Positions 12,370-25,000 of a DNA stretch of 64,000 nucleotides are shown here, one piece after another. The notes beneath the pieces were generated by a model. It saw nothing but the letters and a program-made list of their open reading frames with translations. It was not told where the DNA came from and did not search any database. Each line of letters begins with the position of its first letter. Positions within the stretch are counted from its first letter, which is position 1. The position numbers and the translations under genes were made by a program. The stretch lies in contig AP026129.1 in the NCBI GenBank assembly GCA_030295235.1, forward strand, positions 744,001-808,000, written 5' to 3'. Origin of the DNA: Fistulifera solaris. Taxonomy: Eukaryota.

Positions 12370-13608
12370 ATGAGATACTCTGCTGTAACCTTCCTCCCTC
12401 TCATCGCATTCGCGTGCAACGGCTCGCAGGCCCACGTTCTCCACGGCGATCGTCATTTGGAGGAGGATGAGTTCGTTTGGCCCAGCGCGGAAGTCTTTGA
12501 CCCCAAGGACCGTTGCGGAACGGAAGATCCGACCGATGCAGACAAAACGGAAATGATGCAGGCGGTGACCAACTTTTACAGTGCGCGTCGTCATTTGGCG
12601 CAGGATACGGAGACAATCGTGGTCGAAACCTACTTTCATATCATCAAAAGCAGCACAGGAAGAGGTGCAACGATGCAGATGGTCCAAGACCAAGTGGATG
12701 TGCTCAATCAAGCCTACGCGCCGCATTTTTTCTTCAACCTCACGGGCGTGACCGAGACGGTGAACGACGATTGGTACAAACTCCGACGCTTGTCGGTGCA
12801 GGACTTGACGATGCGGGCGACGTTGCGTCAGGGTGGGCCGGATGCCATCAATGTCTTTGTTGCTAACAGTCGTGGTCTCGGCTGGGCTCAGCCTCTCATG
12901 TCCTACAAGCTATCGCCGGAGACGGATGGAGTCATCATTCTCGACCAGTCCATGCCGGGTGGAACTGCGGTTCCTTACAATCTCGGAATGACTGCCGTTC
13001 ATGAAATCGGTCATTCTTTTGGAATCTTGCATACGTTTGAGGTGACTTTAGTGTTGCTTTGTGTTGCTTGATATCTTTATTTTCTTTTCTAACTCCAACT
13101 TTGCTACTTCAATTATCAGGATGGATGCAGTGCTGGGGGCATGACGGGTGACTCGATCCACGATACTCCTCGCCAAGCCGATTATACTCTCGGCTGTCCC
13201 ATTGGTCGCGATTCTTGTCCGGGTGAGTTGAATCGTGCAGACACTAATGTCTTCTTTGTCAGTCGTTTTCTCATTTTTATTCCATGCTTGTAGGTGGTGG
13301 TGAGGATCCGATTCACAATTAGTAAGTACGACAATGCTTCGTCGACGTTTACATTGGCCCTCGACATCAATTTCATAAGTTGTTCTTTTCACAGCATGGA
13401 TTACTCTGACGATGCCTGCATGAATGAGTTCACGGAAGGACAGTTCAAACAAATGCGCGCCATGTGGTATACGTTTCGTGCGAATCCCGAAAGTGGCAAG
13501 AATCACTCGAAGTTTCTTTCTTGCACCAAGAAGGCCTTGGATCGTGTGGCGTGCAATAAAAACAATGAGCAGTGCTGCGGAGGGGTCTGTCAGCCTTGCA
13601 CCAACTAA
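12370..13608 (+). CDS. Secreted pappalysin/ulilysin-like zinc metalloprotease (peptidase M43), 4 exons
   Basis: Signal peptide; Cys-switch-like RCGT; PYNLGMTAVHEIGHSFGILHTF; introns 13042-13119, 13223-13293 and 13322-13394 reconstruct DTP...[35 protein letters not shown]. Confidence 0.9.
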
Positions 13609-13759
13609 AGCGTCGCTGGCACTCATTCAACTGCTAAATAGATTTCATCCATGTAGATGATTTAATCAAACCAATAAGGACCAATTGCAGTGTTATTCGA
13701 CCAAGAAGATCACTATAGTAGAGTTTCGACTTTCTTCCATTGAGCCTCTGTATAGCCAT

Positions 13760-15304
13760 TTAGCTGTTTTCTTCAGCTATTTGCATCATGGCGTTGGTAA
13801 TTTTGTTCAATTCGTCATTCGAGGCAATGTAAGGAGGCATGGTGTAGAGCAGTTTTCCAAAAGGTCGCAACCAAACTCCCAATTCACGACAACGAAATGG
13901 TATAATGTTATTGTCTAATGGTCGCTTGAGCTCGATCACGCCTATGGCTCCGCGTACACGAACATCCCCGACTCCCGGAATCTGGGACGCCGGCTCCAAA
14001 TTGGAACGGAGTTCTTGTTCAATCCGACTGACATGGACTTGCCATGCTGGTTTACCATCTACGGGTTCCATCATCAGATTTGTCGATGCTACCGCCACAG
14101 CACAAGCCAAAGGGTTGCCCATAAACGTGGGTCCGTGCATCAGAGGTAGAGAGACAACCGACGAACTTTCATGGTTGGGCGACGGCGGCGAAGACGAAAC
14201 TCCTCGGGATATCCTTTCTGTCGTTGCAACGGCACCGAGCGTCATGTATCCACCTGTAATGGCTTTCCCCAGGCATATGATATCTGGTTGCACTCCCGCT
14301 TCGAGTGAAGCAAAGAGACGGGGTGTTTCTGACGCTTTACTAAATCCTGAGCGGCCAAAGCCGGTAGCGATCTCATCACAAATGAGCAATACATCGTATT
14401 CCGTACAAAGTTCACGGACTCGCTGTAAATACCTGCGACTGTAGAACCTCATACCGCCAGCACCCTGCACGATGGGCTCTAAAATGAGAGCTGCTAGAGT
14501 TTCATGCTCCCTTTCCAATAATTGTTGGAGATCATCGATCGCCAACTGTAGTGCGTTCTCGGTACCATCCTGACAAGTACAACCCTGACAGCCCTGTTGC
14601 AGAGGTCCCAATCGAAAGGAATCATCACAAGGAGGTCGTGCTACAAACACAACATGCTGCGGCATGGCACCGGCAAATGCCGTGTGCATGCCATTCACCG
14701 GATCACAAACGCTCATGGCCCCCAACGTGTCACCATGATAGCCTCCTCGCACCGACACTATTTTGGTTTTGCGATTGTTATATTGCATACCTCGGTGATA
14801 TTGCAGTGCTATTTTGAGAGCGACTTCCACCGCGACACTCCCACTGTCGGTCCAAAAGATCTGATCGAGTTTTTCCCAATGATCGGGTGAATCGGCATTC
14901 AGTTGAAGAATTAAGATCGCAGCCAGCTCTGCCGCGGGTCGATGGGTGAATCCACCAAACATGATATGCGACATGTCTTGCAATTGATTTTGAATGGCTC
15001 GATTGAGTTCCGGCTGATGATATCCCCAGATTGCCGCCCACCACGACGACATACCGTCGATCATTTCCGATCCATCTTCCAAGTACAAGGTACAGCCACG
15101 AGCGTGTGAAATTGGCAGTACTGGAGTGGGTGCAATCAGCGAAGTATACGGATGCCAAAGATGGTGACGATCGAATTGCAAATGCTCTTCCGTCGATCGG
15201 TGACGAGCCTCGGTGATGGAAGGATGCAAAAATAATGTCGACAAGTAACGTTGCCATGGATGTCTTTTCGCGTCGCATGACATTACGCGTGCGACACTAG
15301 CCAT
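13760..15304 (-). CDS. bioA: Adenosylmethionine-8-amino-7-oxononanoate aminotransferase (DAPA synthase)
   Basis: HLWHPYTS, IDGMSSWWAAIWGY, DSGSVAVEVALK, GYHGDTLGAMSVCDP, EPIVQGAGGM, DEIATGFGRSG, LGKAITGGY, HGPTFMGNPLACA, WLRPFGKLLYTMPPY; intronless. Confidence 0.93.
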   Translation of the reverse strand: MASVARVMSCDAKRHPWQRYLSTLFLHPSITEARHRSTEEHLQFDRHHLWHPYTSLIAPTPVLPISHARGCTLYLEDGSEMIDGMSSWWAAIWGYHQPELNRAIQNQLQDMSHIMFGGFTHRPAAELAAILILQLNADSPDHWEKLDQIFWTDSGSVAVEVALKIALQYHRGMQYNNRKTKIVSVRGGYHGDTLGAMSVCDPVNGMHTAFAGAMPQHVVFVARPPCDDSFRLGPLQQGCQGCTCQDGTENALQLAIDDLQQLLEREHETLAALILEPIVQGAGGMRFYSRRYLQRVRELCTEYDVLLICDEIATGFGRSGFSKASETPRLFASLEAGVQPDIICLGKAITGGYMTLGAVATTERISRGVSSSPPSPNHESSSVVSLPLMHGPTFMGNPLACAVAVASTNLMMEPVDGKPAWQVHVSRIEQELRSNLEPASQIPGVGDVRVRGAIGVIELKRPLDNNIIPFRCRELGVWLRPFGKLLYTMPPYIASNDELNKITNAMMQIAEENS

Positions 15305-15698
15305 CTTTGACGTAAATAGTAGTAGCTGTGCCAGGTAAATGTGCTGTATTGTGAGTTGTGAGATTATGGATAGTATCGAATTACGTGAGGTATAATACTG
15401 TAGGTGAGGCAAAATTATGCGATGCGACGCGACCAAGAACGAAGAACGACATTGTTATTACGTACCTGGTAGTACGTAGTATTATTTTGTTTATTAGGAC
15501 CATCAGTTTCATTCCCGGTTCTTCAGTCCCGGATTCTCTACGATTCATTCATGAGTGTTTATTGTCACGAAAACGCTACCAATATCTGGAAAGCCATCCC
15601 TTTAAGCAGCTTTTACGAGACAGATATCAGGACTACGTAGCTATGATGCAAGTTGAGTTATAGTCGCATCTGAAGAAAACGCATGCTAAAGCAGGCAC

Positions 15699-16229
15699 TT
15701 AGCGATACGCTGCTCGATACACCTCTCGAGAAAAACTAGCTCCGTCTCCACGAGTCGCCTGTCGATTGATACTTTCATGCTGTGACTTGCTGACCAAATT
15801 TTCGATGATTTCTCCCGTGCCACGAACCAGTCGATACCGCCCAGTCTGCTCATCGTACACTTCCCGAATGGTGGATTGTTGCGCTTGGTATTCTTCTCTG
15901 GACATGGGTGCCATGCGAAGCGCCTGTTCTTGTTTTATTTTTTTGTTTTCTTCGATGCTAGTATCCTCAGTAGTGGGCAGAGGTGATTTGCTGGGTCTTA
16001 CCGAAACATCTTGATCGTCATCGACCAAAGCGTCGGACCGCTTTTTGTACTTTCTTGTGTTATCTTTCGATCTCTTCTTGCTCTTCTTTTTGTAATCTTT
16101 GTGACGGTGCTTCTTCTTTTTCTTTCGTTCATACGAACTTTCGGACGACGAATCATCGTCGGCTACTCTTCGCCTTCGTTTCTTGAAATGTTTGTTCTTT
16201 TCACTCCGACTACCATCGGTGTCTCCCAT
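15699..16229 (-). CDS. SR-25/ARL6IP4-like nuclear splicing-associated protein
   Basis: Lys/Ser-rich N-terminus and C-terminal APMSREEYQAQQSTIREVYDEQTGRYRLVRGTGEIIE...INRQATRGDG. Confidence 0.8.
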   Translation of the reverse strand: MGDTDGSRSEKNKHFKKRRRRVADDDSSSESSYERKKKKKHRHKDYKKKSKKRSKDNTRKYKKRSDALVDDDQDVSVRPSKSPLPTTEDTSIEENKKIKQEQALRMAPMSREEYQAQQSTIREVYDEQTGRYRLVRGTGEIIENLVSKSQHESINRQATRGDGASFSREVYRAAYR

Positions 16230-16386
16230 TTTTATTAAAAGAAAAATTCACTCGCAAAAGACTCCAAAATCAAGCTTCTGGTGCAAAACTTATTTTCATT
16301 CCAAGTAAATGAACTAGAGAGAGGAGATGATTGGGACAAGGAAGAGATTATGAATGAAGAAGACTCAATGAGGCGGCTGACAATCT

Positions 16387-16500
16387 CAGATTTTGTGTGC
16401 ACGTGAAAATATCACACGCCCAGATTTTGTGCGAACGTGAAAATTGGGTGCATGTGAATTTTTGTGTGCGCGTGACAACATCACATATGCCCCGATTTTT
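16387..16500. repeat. Degenerate ~34-35-nt tandem repeat, 3 copies
   Basis: cagattttgtgtgcacgtgaaaat (16387), cagattttgtgcgaacgtgaaaat (16421), gaatttttgtgtgcgcgtgacaac (16456). Confidence 0.6.
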
Positions 16501-16849
16501 TGATAGATTTTCCCTCCATCGATATAGTTTTGACGTGGCCATTCGCATTCTACCAAGGTATCGTCCCTCTAATCTAAATCTGATGATTCTGCTAGAAATA
16601 ATAAGAAGTATTGGCGTAGCGGTAATAGTCCTTGGATGTGTTGATGTAAATTATTACTCCTGAGGCCGCCAATGGTCGAATTCCGAGACGACCGGGCGAT
16701 TCCATTGCGAACGCTTTTCGTTCATGTAAAAGAGCTTATCACTTTCAGTTAAACCACTCCATTCATGTTCAAATGGGTTTACGACCTTTTCATCAAGGTT
16801 TCTTTTAATACGGCTCCCAGTTTACTTTTTACAGAGTTCGATGCCACGG

Positions 16850-16909
16850 GCGTCCAAAGCCAGATAAGTAAGACCTTGGCCGCGTCCAAAGCCAGATAAG
16901 TAAGACCTT
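16850..16909. repeat. Perfect 28-bp direct repeat, 2 copies
   Basis: gcgtccaaagccagataagtaagacctt at 16850-16877 and 16882-16909, separated by ggcc. Confidence 0.9.
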
Positions 16910-16943
16910 CCCAAGGGATTGGTGAAATCGCGCAGAAATCTTT

Positions 16944-18396
16944 TTACAAAAAGTCGTCATCGGTCAGCGGAACATCAAAGTATTCAAACAGATGCTCCAA
17001 AGCAGCTCTCTTCAGTTGATCGTTGTCTTGTGTAGCCTTGACCAGTTTAATTTGTTCTTCGGTGTGATAGGAATTTGGTTGCCACCCCCAAAGTGATTGC
17101 AGGAAGTAAACGTAGCGTTTTGCTTCGAATACCAATTCTTGGCTTAAAGCGAACTCCAGAATTTTCAAATGCGTTGTGTACGGTGGTAAGATGGTATGCT
17201 GATGGAAGAAATCACCAACTGCTGAGACAGCTCCACTCACGTCACCCACATTGAGCAGGCCATCCACCACCGCTCGAACCGTAAAAGCATCGGGCTGCAA
17301 ACCTTTCGCCAACAGCTCGTGGTATAATTCTTGAGCAGACATGACATCTCCCAAGCGCGCGTAACCTTGCAATAACAAGTTGTACGAAAACGTCAATGGC
17401 TTGAGTGCCACCGCATTCTGTAGTTCCGTGCGCTTTCGACAACGCACCCCGATTGACACAAGCGTGCAGAAGAGCGTTGTGCGTTTGAACATTCCAAAGA
17501 ATAGGGTCATGTCCGCAGGCACCCTGCTGAAGCGATTCGGCAAAGGAAAATGCCGCAGCGAGTGGATACGAAAAGTCCGAGGATTTACCACGGTAATGAG
17601 GAGGGGCATTTTTGTGCAGCTTGATCGTCTTGGCATCTTTTCGTATTTGATAAAAGTAGTGGTCGTCCGATTTCGGTCCGATGAACGTGCGGAGCATATG
17701 ATTTGCGAGTTCCGTATCGAGGGGAATCTTTCGTTGATGCATGTGAACTAAAATAGCATCCAGCCAGCGAGTGGGGTCTTCGAGTTCTTCATGAACTCGC
17801 AATGATTGAATTGCGTAAATTAACTCACGACGTCGACATGGAAACTTTTTCTGTAACCTCAGTTGCAACAACTTAAGAACACGTCCCACATTTCCTGCCT
17901 TCGCATTTGCCGTTAATAATCTCAAAGTAACATGATCGGTAAGAGGTGTTTTATTCCACTGTCCGAAAATCTTTTCCCAGTGGCGAATTTTCTGTGCCAG
18001 TTCCGGAGTTTCGTAGCGAGATTTAACGACTGTTTTCAGCATAAGAATCACCGTTTCGGCCGATAACAGCACGTCCGCGTGTTTGGGGAGATTGAGCAAA
18101 TATTGATCGTATTGATGAATGACAGATCGGCAAAAGGATGGGTCCCAGAGTGTTGTATCGTTGCGTTTTCCTTCTTGACCGTGATTCCATTCCGACGAAA
18201 GTTTCGCCTTATAGAGAAAGTCTTTGATATTTTCTATTTGTGGAGCAGTTACCGAAAACTCCAACGGCGGAGGGGTCTCTAATTCTTTGGCTCGGAAAAG
18301 AGAAGGGATTGTCGAAAAGCTCGGAGACGTGATACGACGCTGTAGTTGAGCTGCGGCGCTCAATTTCCAAGCTGTTCGACTGACACGGTTCATCAT
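16944..18396 (-). CDS. Pentatricopeptide-repeat protein, probably mitochondrial (one frameshift near 17430)
   Basis: PPR-like motifs NVQTHNALLHACV, FSYNLLLQGYARLGD...LQPDAFTVRAVVDGL; Arg-rich presequence-like N-terminus. Confidence 0.75.
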
Positions 18397-18961
18397 GGTG
18401 CACTATGGGTGTATTTTTGACTTGAAGTTCGTATCTATGAGCTTGTAATGTCAAGAACAACAATTACAATGCTCTTCGTTCACACCTTGTTTCGACGACA
18501 AAAACAAAAGCCGAATGTTTGCCTTTTTCACGTGGCTGTTGCGCCTGGACAGCGCACTTTCGCGCGCACGAGTCTTGCCTACCATGTACAAGTCGTTCGT
18601 GAGAGTATCGTCATGAGATAACAGGTTCTGAGCTGGTCAAGTACGTTGTAAATGTTTGTGGATAGTAGCCATAAGAGTACTTTATGCGCTACAGTCAAGT
18701 TCCAATTTCTCCCTCTTCGTGGCTTTTCAACGTGTCGATCCCTCACAGCCATCAACGTAACAAGAAATGCTCAAATAATGTTGTCAGCTTTCTTTCTGTT
18801 GAAGAAGCCGTGTCCGTCGTCAAACAAAATCTAACCTGTGGATCGGATAGGCGAAGAGCAATTTGTGCTGCAAAGGCTTGCGGTTGTTGAATAGCAGCGC
18901 CTTAGAAATTAATCTACCTCGTCGACTTGTTAATCTTGATCGTCGTCCGAAACGCCAAAGG

Positions 18962-21907
18962 ATGGTCGCATTATCCCAATTAACCACATGGAATTGCCTG
19001 CTCGTGATACTATGCAGTTCGGTCGCTTTCGTTCCGGAATGGAGGCAAATAAAATCGCGTACGCTTGGCATTCAGGCGCCTTGGGGGTACGTTGCTCGAT
19101 AAACAATTAAATTCTCTCTGTGACAATGATTTACTCACCTCTTTGCTCCATGTTATATAGAACTCCGGTACTCTCGAGCCCCGCTCAAACAGAAAATGGC
19201 AATGGAAAGAACCAACGCAGTAAACCTCCTCGAAGAAAGCCTCCAACTGGTAACGGAGGTGGTGGTGGTGGTGGCGGCGGCGGATCCTTCAAGTTGGGCA
19301 AGCCGATGAAATTGCAAAGAATCGTTTCACAAAGTCCAGCCGAAGATTTTGAGACACTCACCGCGGAACCACCGCAGCGCAATCGTCAAGAACCAGTGGC
19401 TTCGGTATCTACGGAGCGGAACACGGCACCGAGACCATCTCGTAAGTTTTCGCGCGATGAGGAGAAACCGGCATTCACTGTGGGAGGTAGGTATGCAGGG
19501 GACGAACATTGGCGAACAGCAGTTTGGATGTTGAGAATTGGCATTATTATGCGTCTTCTTTTCATTTCGCTATATCTCTCTCTGAGATTTGGTTGCTCCG
19601 TGTTGGATTATGATGGCGTTCATTTTCTGCGCATCGCTGGTGTTTTCAGTGCATACCTTTTGAGGGACAATTTCGTCGTGTGTCGTTTTTGCTAGATTTC
19701 TATTATTTGCTCAGTATCTGTTTTGTCGCTTTTACTCCGCAGCTGCTGGTTCCACGGGACCGATCAAAGAAGGTGCTCGTCGGCGAGATGGCAAGCCTGC
19801 TCGTCGTGGTCGTGCCGATGATGACACTCCCAAGAAGAACTCAGCAAAGAACTCGTTGCGAGTTGGTGGCACAGGAAGTAAAGGACGTAGTGCAGAACTT
19901 ACTCAACGCCGTGGTACCTTGAAGCGACGTGACCGCGCGGGGGAGAAGGAAGCGAAAGCTGAAGCTGCTCTTGAGCGAAAGACAGTGTATTTATCAGAGT
20001 ACGTTGGTCGCTGTTGGCAAAAGTGAATCTGAGTCGTTCGCTTATGTACTAATATTGTGAATTTGACAGTGGGGCTATGACCGTAGCTGAATTGGCTGAT
20101 GCGTTAGATGAAAAGCCTGTCGCTATTATCAAGATGCTCATGACGGATTTGGGTGTGATGGCCTCTATGACACAAAGCCTGGATGTGGCCACGTGCGTAG
20201 CGGTGGCGCAAGGATTTGGAAAAATAGTTGCTGACGTGGACGAAAGCGAACTCGAAGGGTAAGAAGTTCGAAGCTATTTTAAACGTTTTTCTTTTTTCGA
20301 TTACTCACTTGAACGCTCCCTCTGCAGGGATGGGAGTGCTCTTGAAACGGGGGTTGTCTTGGATGAGGATGATAACGAAGAGTCGTTGCGTCCTCGGCCC
20401 CCCTGTCGTTACGATCATGGGTCATGTTGATCACGGAAAGACGAGTTTACTCGATGCAATCCGAAATACAGACGTTACAGCCGGAGAAGCGGGCGGCATC
20501 ACGCAACACATCACATCTTACCAAGTAAAACACAATGGACAGCTCATTACGTTTATTGACACACCTGGTCACGCTGCATTTACAGATATGCGTGAGCGCG
20601 GAGCTAACATTACTGATATGGTGATTCTCGTGGTTGCTGCAGATGATAGTGTCAAGCAGCAAACCGTGGATTCGATTATGTGCGCTCGCCAGGCAGGCGT
20701 ACCACTTGTCGTAGCCGTGAACAAATGCGATTTGGAAACAGCAGATCCTATCAAAGTGATGACAGATCTCACAGCGTATGACGTTTTGACGGAAGATTTT
20801 GGCGGGGACGTTTTAGTTTCACGAATTAGTGCGAAAAAAGGCGAAAATCTTGATGATCTTCTTGATAAAGTTATGCTCCAGGCTGAGGTACAAAATCTTC
20901 GGGCCAATCCAGACCGATCGGCAGAGTGTATTGTAATTGAAGCAAATGTGCAAAAGGTTTGGGAACTGTTGCAACTAGTTTGGTCAAGCGTGGCACTCTT
21001 CGCGTTGGTGACATATTCGTAGCTGGTGAAACATATGGGCGGAGTCAGAGCCTTGATTTCCACAGCAGATGGGAAAACAAGGATGAAAGAAGCAGGTCCG
21101 AGCACCCCGGTGAATATAGTTGGCTTCGAAGGCATTCCTGCAGCAGGAGATATACTTGTGGTATCTGAGGATGAACAAGTAGCTAGGGAACTTGCAGAAA
21201 GCCGTCAGAGAATTGCACGTGAGCGTTCATCGTCCTCTTACCAAGCCGGACTCATGAGCTCAGTGGCAATGGCCTTTGGACCAGGAAAAGAACGTCGAGA
21301 GATGTGTGTTGTGGTTAAAGCAGATGTTCAGGGATCAGCTGAGGCGCTTACACGTGCTTTATCTGAGCTGAAACTTGAGAACGACGAAGCAGTTGTCGGA
21401 ATTAAGGTTCTTGTTAGTGAAGCTGGTGAAATCAACAAAAGTGACATTTCCATTGCCAGCGTGACTCCAGGAACAATTGTCATCGCATTCAATTGCGCCG
21501 CTTCATTTGCCGCCATGGAGGATGCACGTGCAGCTGGAATTAATATTGAGTACTACAATATTATTTACGATGCGATTGAATCTGTTGAGAAAAGGATGCA
21601 GGAAGTGCTATCTCCTACTCCAGATGGCGAATATGTCGGTGCTGCTATTGTACAAGAAGTATTCAATATTGGGGGAACCGGAAATATTGGAGGAAGCAGG
21701 TGCACAGACGGTTATCTGCGAAAAGGGGGAAATGTTCGCGTCCTGCGAGGAGATAAAATTTTGGCAGAAAGCAAAATCGTATCCTTGCGAAACTTCAAGG
21801 CTGAGGTGGATTCTATTGAAGAGGGGGATGAGTGCGGTATTGGCCTCTTTGAGTTTGAAGACTTTCAACCCAACGATGTCATTGAATGCTTTGTTGTCAA
21901 AAAATAG
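18962..21907 (+). CDS. infB: Plastid translation initiation factor IF-2, multi-exon
   Basis: Signal peptide ending VAF; IF2-[76 protein letters not shown] introns at about 19087-19160, 19487-19743, 19998-20069 and 20259-20327; a few frameshifts. Confidence 0.92.
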
Positions 21908-22023
21908 CTACACAATTAATTGCAATCAATACTAAACTTTTCTCATTTAGATAAAACAAACTTATAGTTACTGATCCGGACTCTTGTTTATCACCTTACT
22001 CGTTCACTTGGTTCTCAACATAG

Positions 22024-25000
22024 CTAACGAACACATGCAGAAATTACATCGCAAGTTCGAGATAAGTATCCGAAACCTGGTTTGGCATTCTTGATCAGCA
22101 ACGCTCTGATCTTTTCAATATCTACCGATCCTTCGAACGTATTCAAAATCACATTCATTGGGGCGAATGGATAATCGATAGTGAGTTCGAAGCTTGCACT
22201 AAGTTTCGAAGGACTTTCACTAAAATCGACTTCAACTTTGAACGTCAAAACATCCCCATCGTTCGATGTCAAAATGCTCCGTGACGGCGCCGTAGCACCA
22301 ATAATTCCATGGCTGTTTGTTCGAGTCGCCCCATTTGCCATTGGAAATGACGTAGAGCTTCGCTAATCTGCGATGTATGTTGAAGAGCTTTTCCTGACCA
22401 TTCCTTGCAAAGAGACTGGACTCTTGCTTTGACAAAAGGAGATAGTAGCGGTACACGAAGACATTGAAAATTTCTTGTACTTTCCGCGATGGCACTGACT
22501 GGTTCAGCAAGGCATTTCACTTCTCCTAGTTTCGAAATAGTAAACGTAAGGGCAACACAAGCATCTGTGGTCAAACCAACGTATTGGAACGTCAGTTCTC
22601 TCTCAGATATAGCTGGAGCTTTCCATCGATGCATACCCTTAGCATACGAATACATCCGTGCCAAAGACTCTGCCCGTGGCCGACACAAATCTCGTTTTTC
22701 GACTAGCGCTCTACGCTTCGCGTCCTCATTGGTTACGTTGAGCGAAAGCTTGTATAGACGATCTTTCCCATCCAGCGCTTCTTTCGCATTGGAAAGCTCT
22801 TCTTGCAGCTTACTCACTTCGACCTGAAGCTTATCAACAAGATGCTGACATAAATAGTTATTAGATGACAGCAGGTATTCTCAAGTGTCAAGGCATTTTT
22901 TGCTTACCTTTCGTTGAGACAAGCTTCGTTTTCGTGCTCGTAGTGCAGCTCGTTGTTCGAGACTCGATAAGAGGAGGAGGCTCTCTTCAACCCACGAGCA
23001 GTTTTTATCTATGACGTGTACTTTTGCAAAAGCTCCGAGTAGAGATCATTCAAAGGGACCGCTAGCGTATCTGCAACCGAAATTAGCCAATTGGTCCATC
23101 TTTTCAGCTCATTGGCTTGCACACGTTGTACCAGCATCTTGTACTTATGCTTCTTGCCGCTGTTCAGAGCACGCTGAAGATTGCCAGAGACTAGCTTAAT
23201 CTGGTCATCTAAAGGCGGATCTGTTGTTTCCTTAATGTGATCGACAACTTGAGAATAGACAGCATTCAGAGTAACCCCATATTCTGCATCCCTTAACAGA
23301 CCGGTTACTTCTTTAAGAAAGTCTGAAGAGCATGGCGTCTTTTCAAAGTCAAGACTCAAGGCAGAAAAGACGTCCTTCCATGTCAACGGCATCTCAATCG
23401 ACGAAGGGGTCGACTCTTCTTGCTCGGCTAGTGACAACGCTACTTTCTCACCATCCCCCGGATCGATAATCTGACCATCATTGGAAAGGGATAAGCGAGG
23501 TTCCGGGGCAAGACTAAACCGCCGGGAGGAAATCGATGATCGTTGTCGACGGCTTCTAGCGGTTTTAGGTGAAGCGTTCATCGATGCTTCCAGATCAAAC
23601 TCTGTTGCCATCAGAAGTGCGCTCATGTTCATTTCGAGCTCCACGGTGTTTTCTTCTTCCAACTGCATCCTTGAATCGTCTTGAACTCCTGCAGATACAC
23701 CATGATCAGGGCTACGGCTAAGAATATGTGACTTCTCATGGGGTGGGGCCTCGCCCTCCAAGAAAACATTAAACTTCAGTAGATCGGACATATTGGCCTC
23801 TAATGCTACTGTATTGTGCCTCGACACATCTCTGTCATCCATACCGGAATCATTCATATCATGGCTGTTCTCGGTAATTCCGTGTTCAGATTCTTTTCCG
23901 CTTACACTTGTCGCATCGTGAGCATTGTCTTTGTTCAGGTCGTCTTTTCAAGACAATGATCTTGTAGGAGCTCATCCATGTTCATCTCTAATTGGACTGT
24001 TTCTTGCTCCTTGGATTCTGATAACGACTCAAGAGACATATCACAGCCAGACTCTTGTGCATTCTTAGCACTATCGACTTTCATGCCGATTGAAGGGCTA
24101 CTCATGTAGAAGCCAGATTGGGGCGGAACTCCATTTAGTAAGGCATTCATGTCAGCTTCAATCTCGACTGTGTCTTCTGGAAGGACTTCAGCAACTTTCA
24201 ACTTTTTAGCGGGCATAGGTGTCAAATTCATCGACGGGCTACTCTTATTGAATTCAACGAATTCGGGCGAGCCAAACTCGACATGACGAACAGCGTCTCC
24301 TTTTTTTCGGGCACTTCCGTGCTTTCGAAGAGACGAGTGAATCACAGACGCTTGATGCTTCTTCGATCCGATGCTGACATGTAGTTCTTCGGTAAGAGCG
24401 TTCGTCCTATTGTTTCTGGCTGGTGTTAGATCATCCAAACCATGCGATTCGTCTTGTATAAAAGGCTCAGGGTTCGAATCGGCTTTCAGTGGCGACTTTG
24501 ACGAAGTATTAGTGGCACTACGAGTGTTTCTAGCCGGGGAGTCGATGCTCATTGGATTTGCAATACGCCTAGGAGAAGCCGAAAGCTTGGTGGGTGTCAG
24601 CGTTTTCTGAGCGGAAGCTGACTTGAAGGGACTTAAAGTACCTGGTAAAGCCACTTCATCTGTCGCCATGGTGTTGTCCATAAAAACCTGACCCAAGCTG
24701 CTGGCGTTTATTTCGGTCTTAGTGGCGCTACGAGTGTTTCTTGCCGGGGAATCGATGCTCATGGGATTTGCGATGCGCCGAGGCGAAGCCGATAGCTTTG
24801 TGGGAGTCAGCACTTTCTGAGTTGATGGGGGCTTAAAGGGACTCAAGACGTTGGCTTTGACCCCTTCACTAGATGTTGGGCTGCTATCAACAGAGGCTTG
24901 ACTCGAAGCACTTGTGTTCATATCATTCTTACTGGCGCTACGTGTATTTGGAGCTGGCGAGTCGATGCGCATGGGATTTGCGATGCGGCGAGGGGAAGCC

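Noticed and set aside
16850..16909. U1 snRNA (the reverse complement contains TACTTATCTGG, similar to the U1 5' end)
   Set aside because: There is a mismatch in the invariant ACUUACCUG and no recognisable downstream U1 stem-loops or Sm site.
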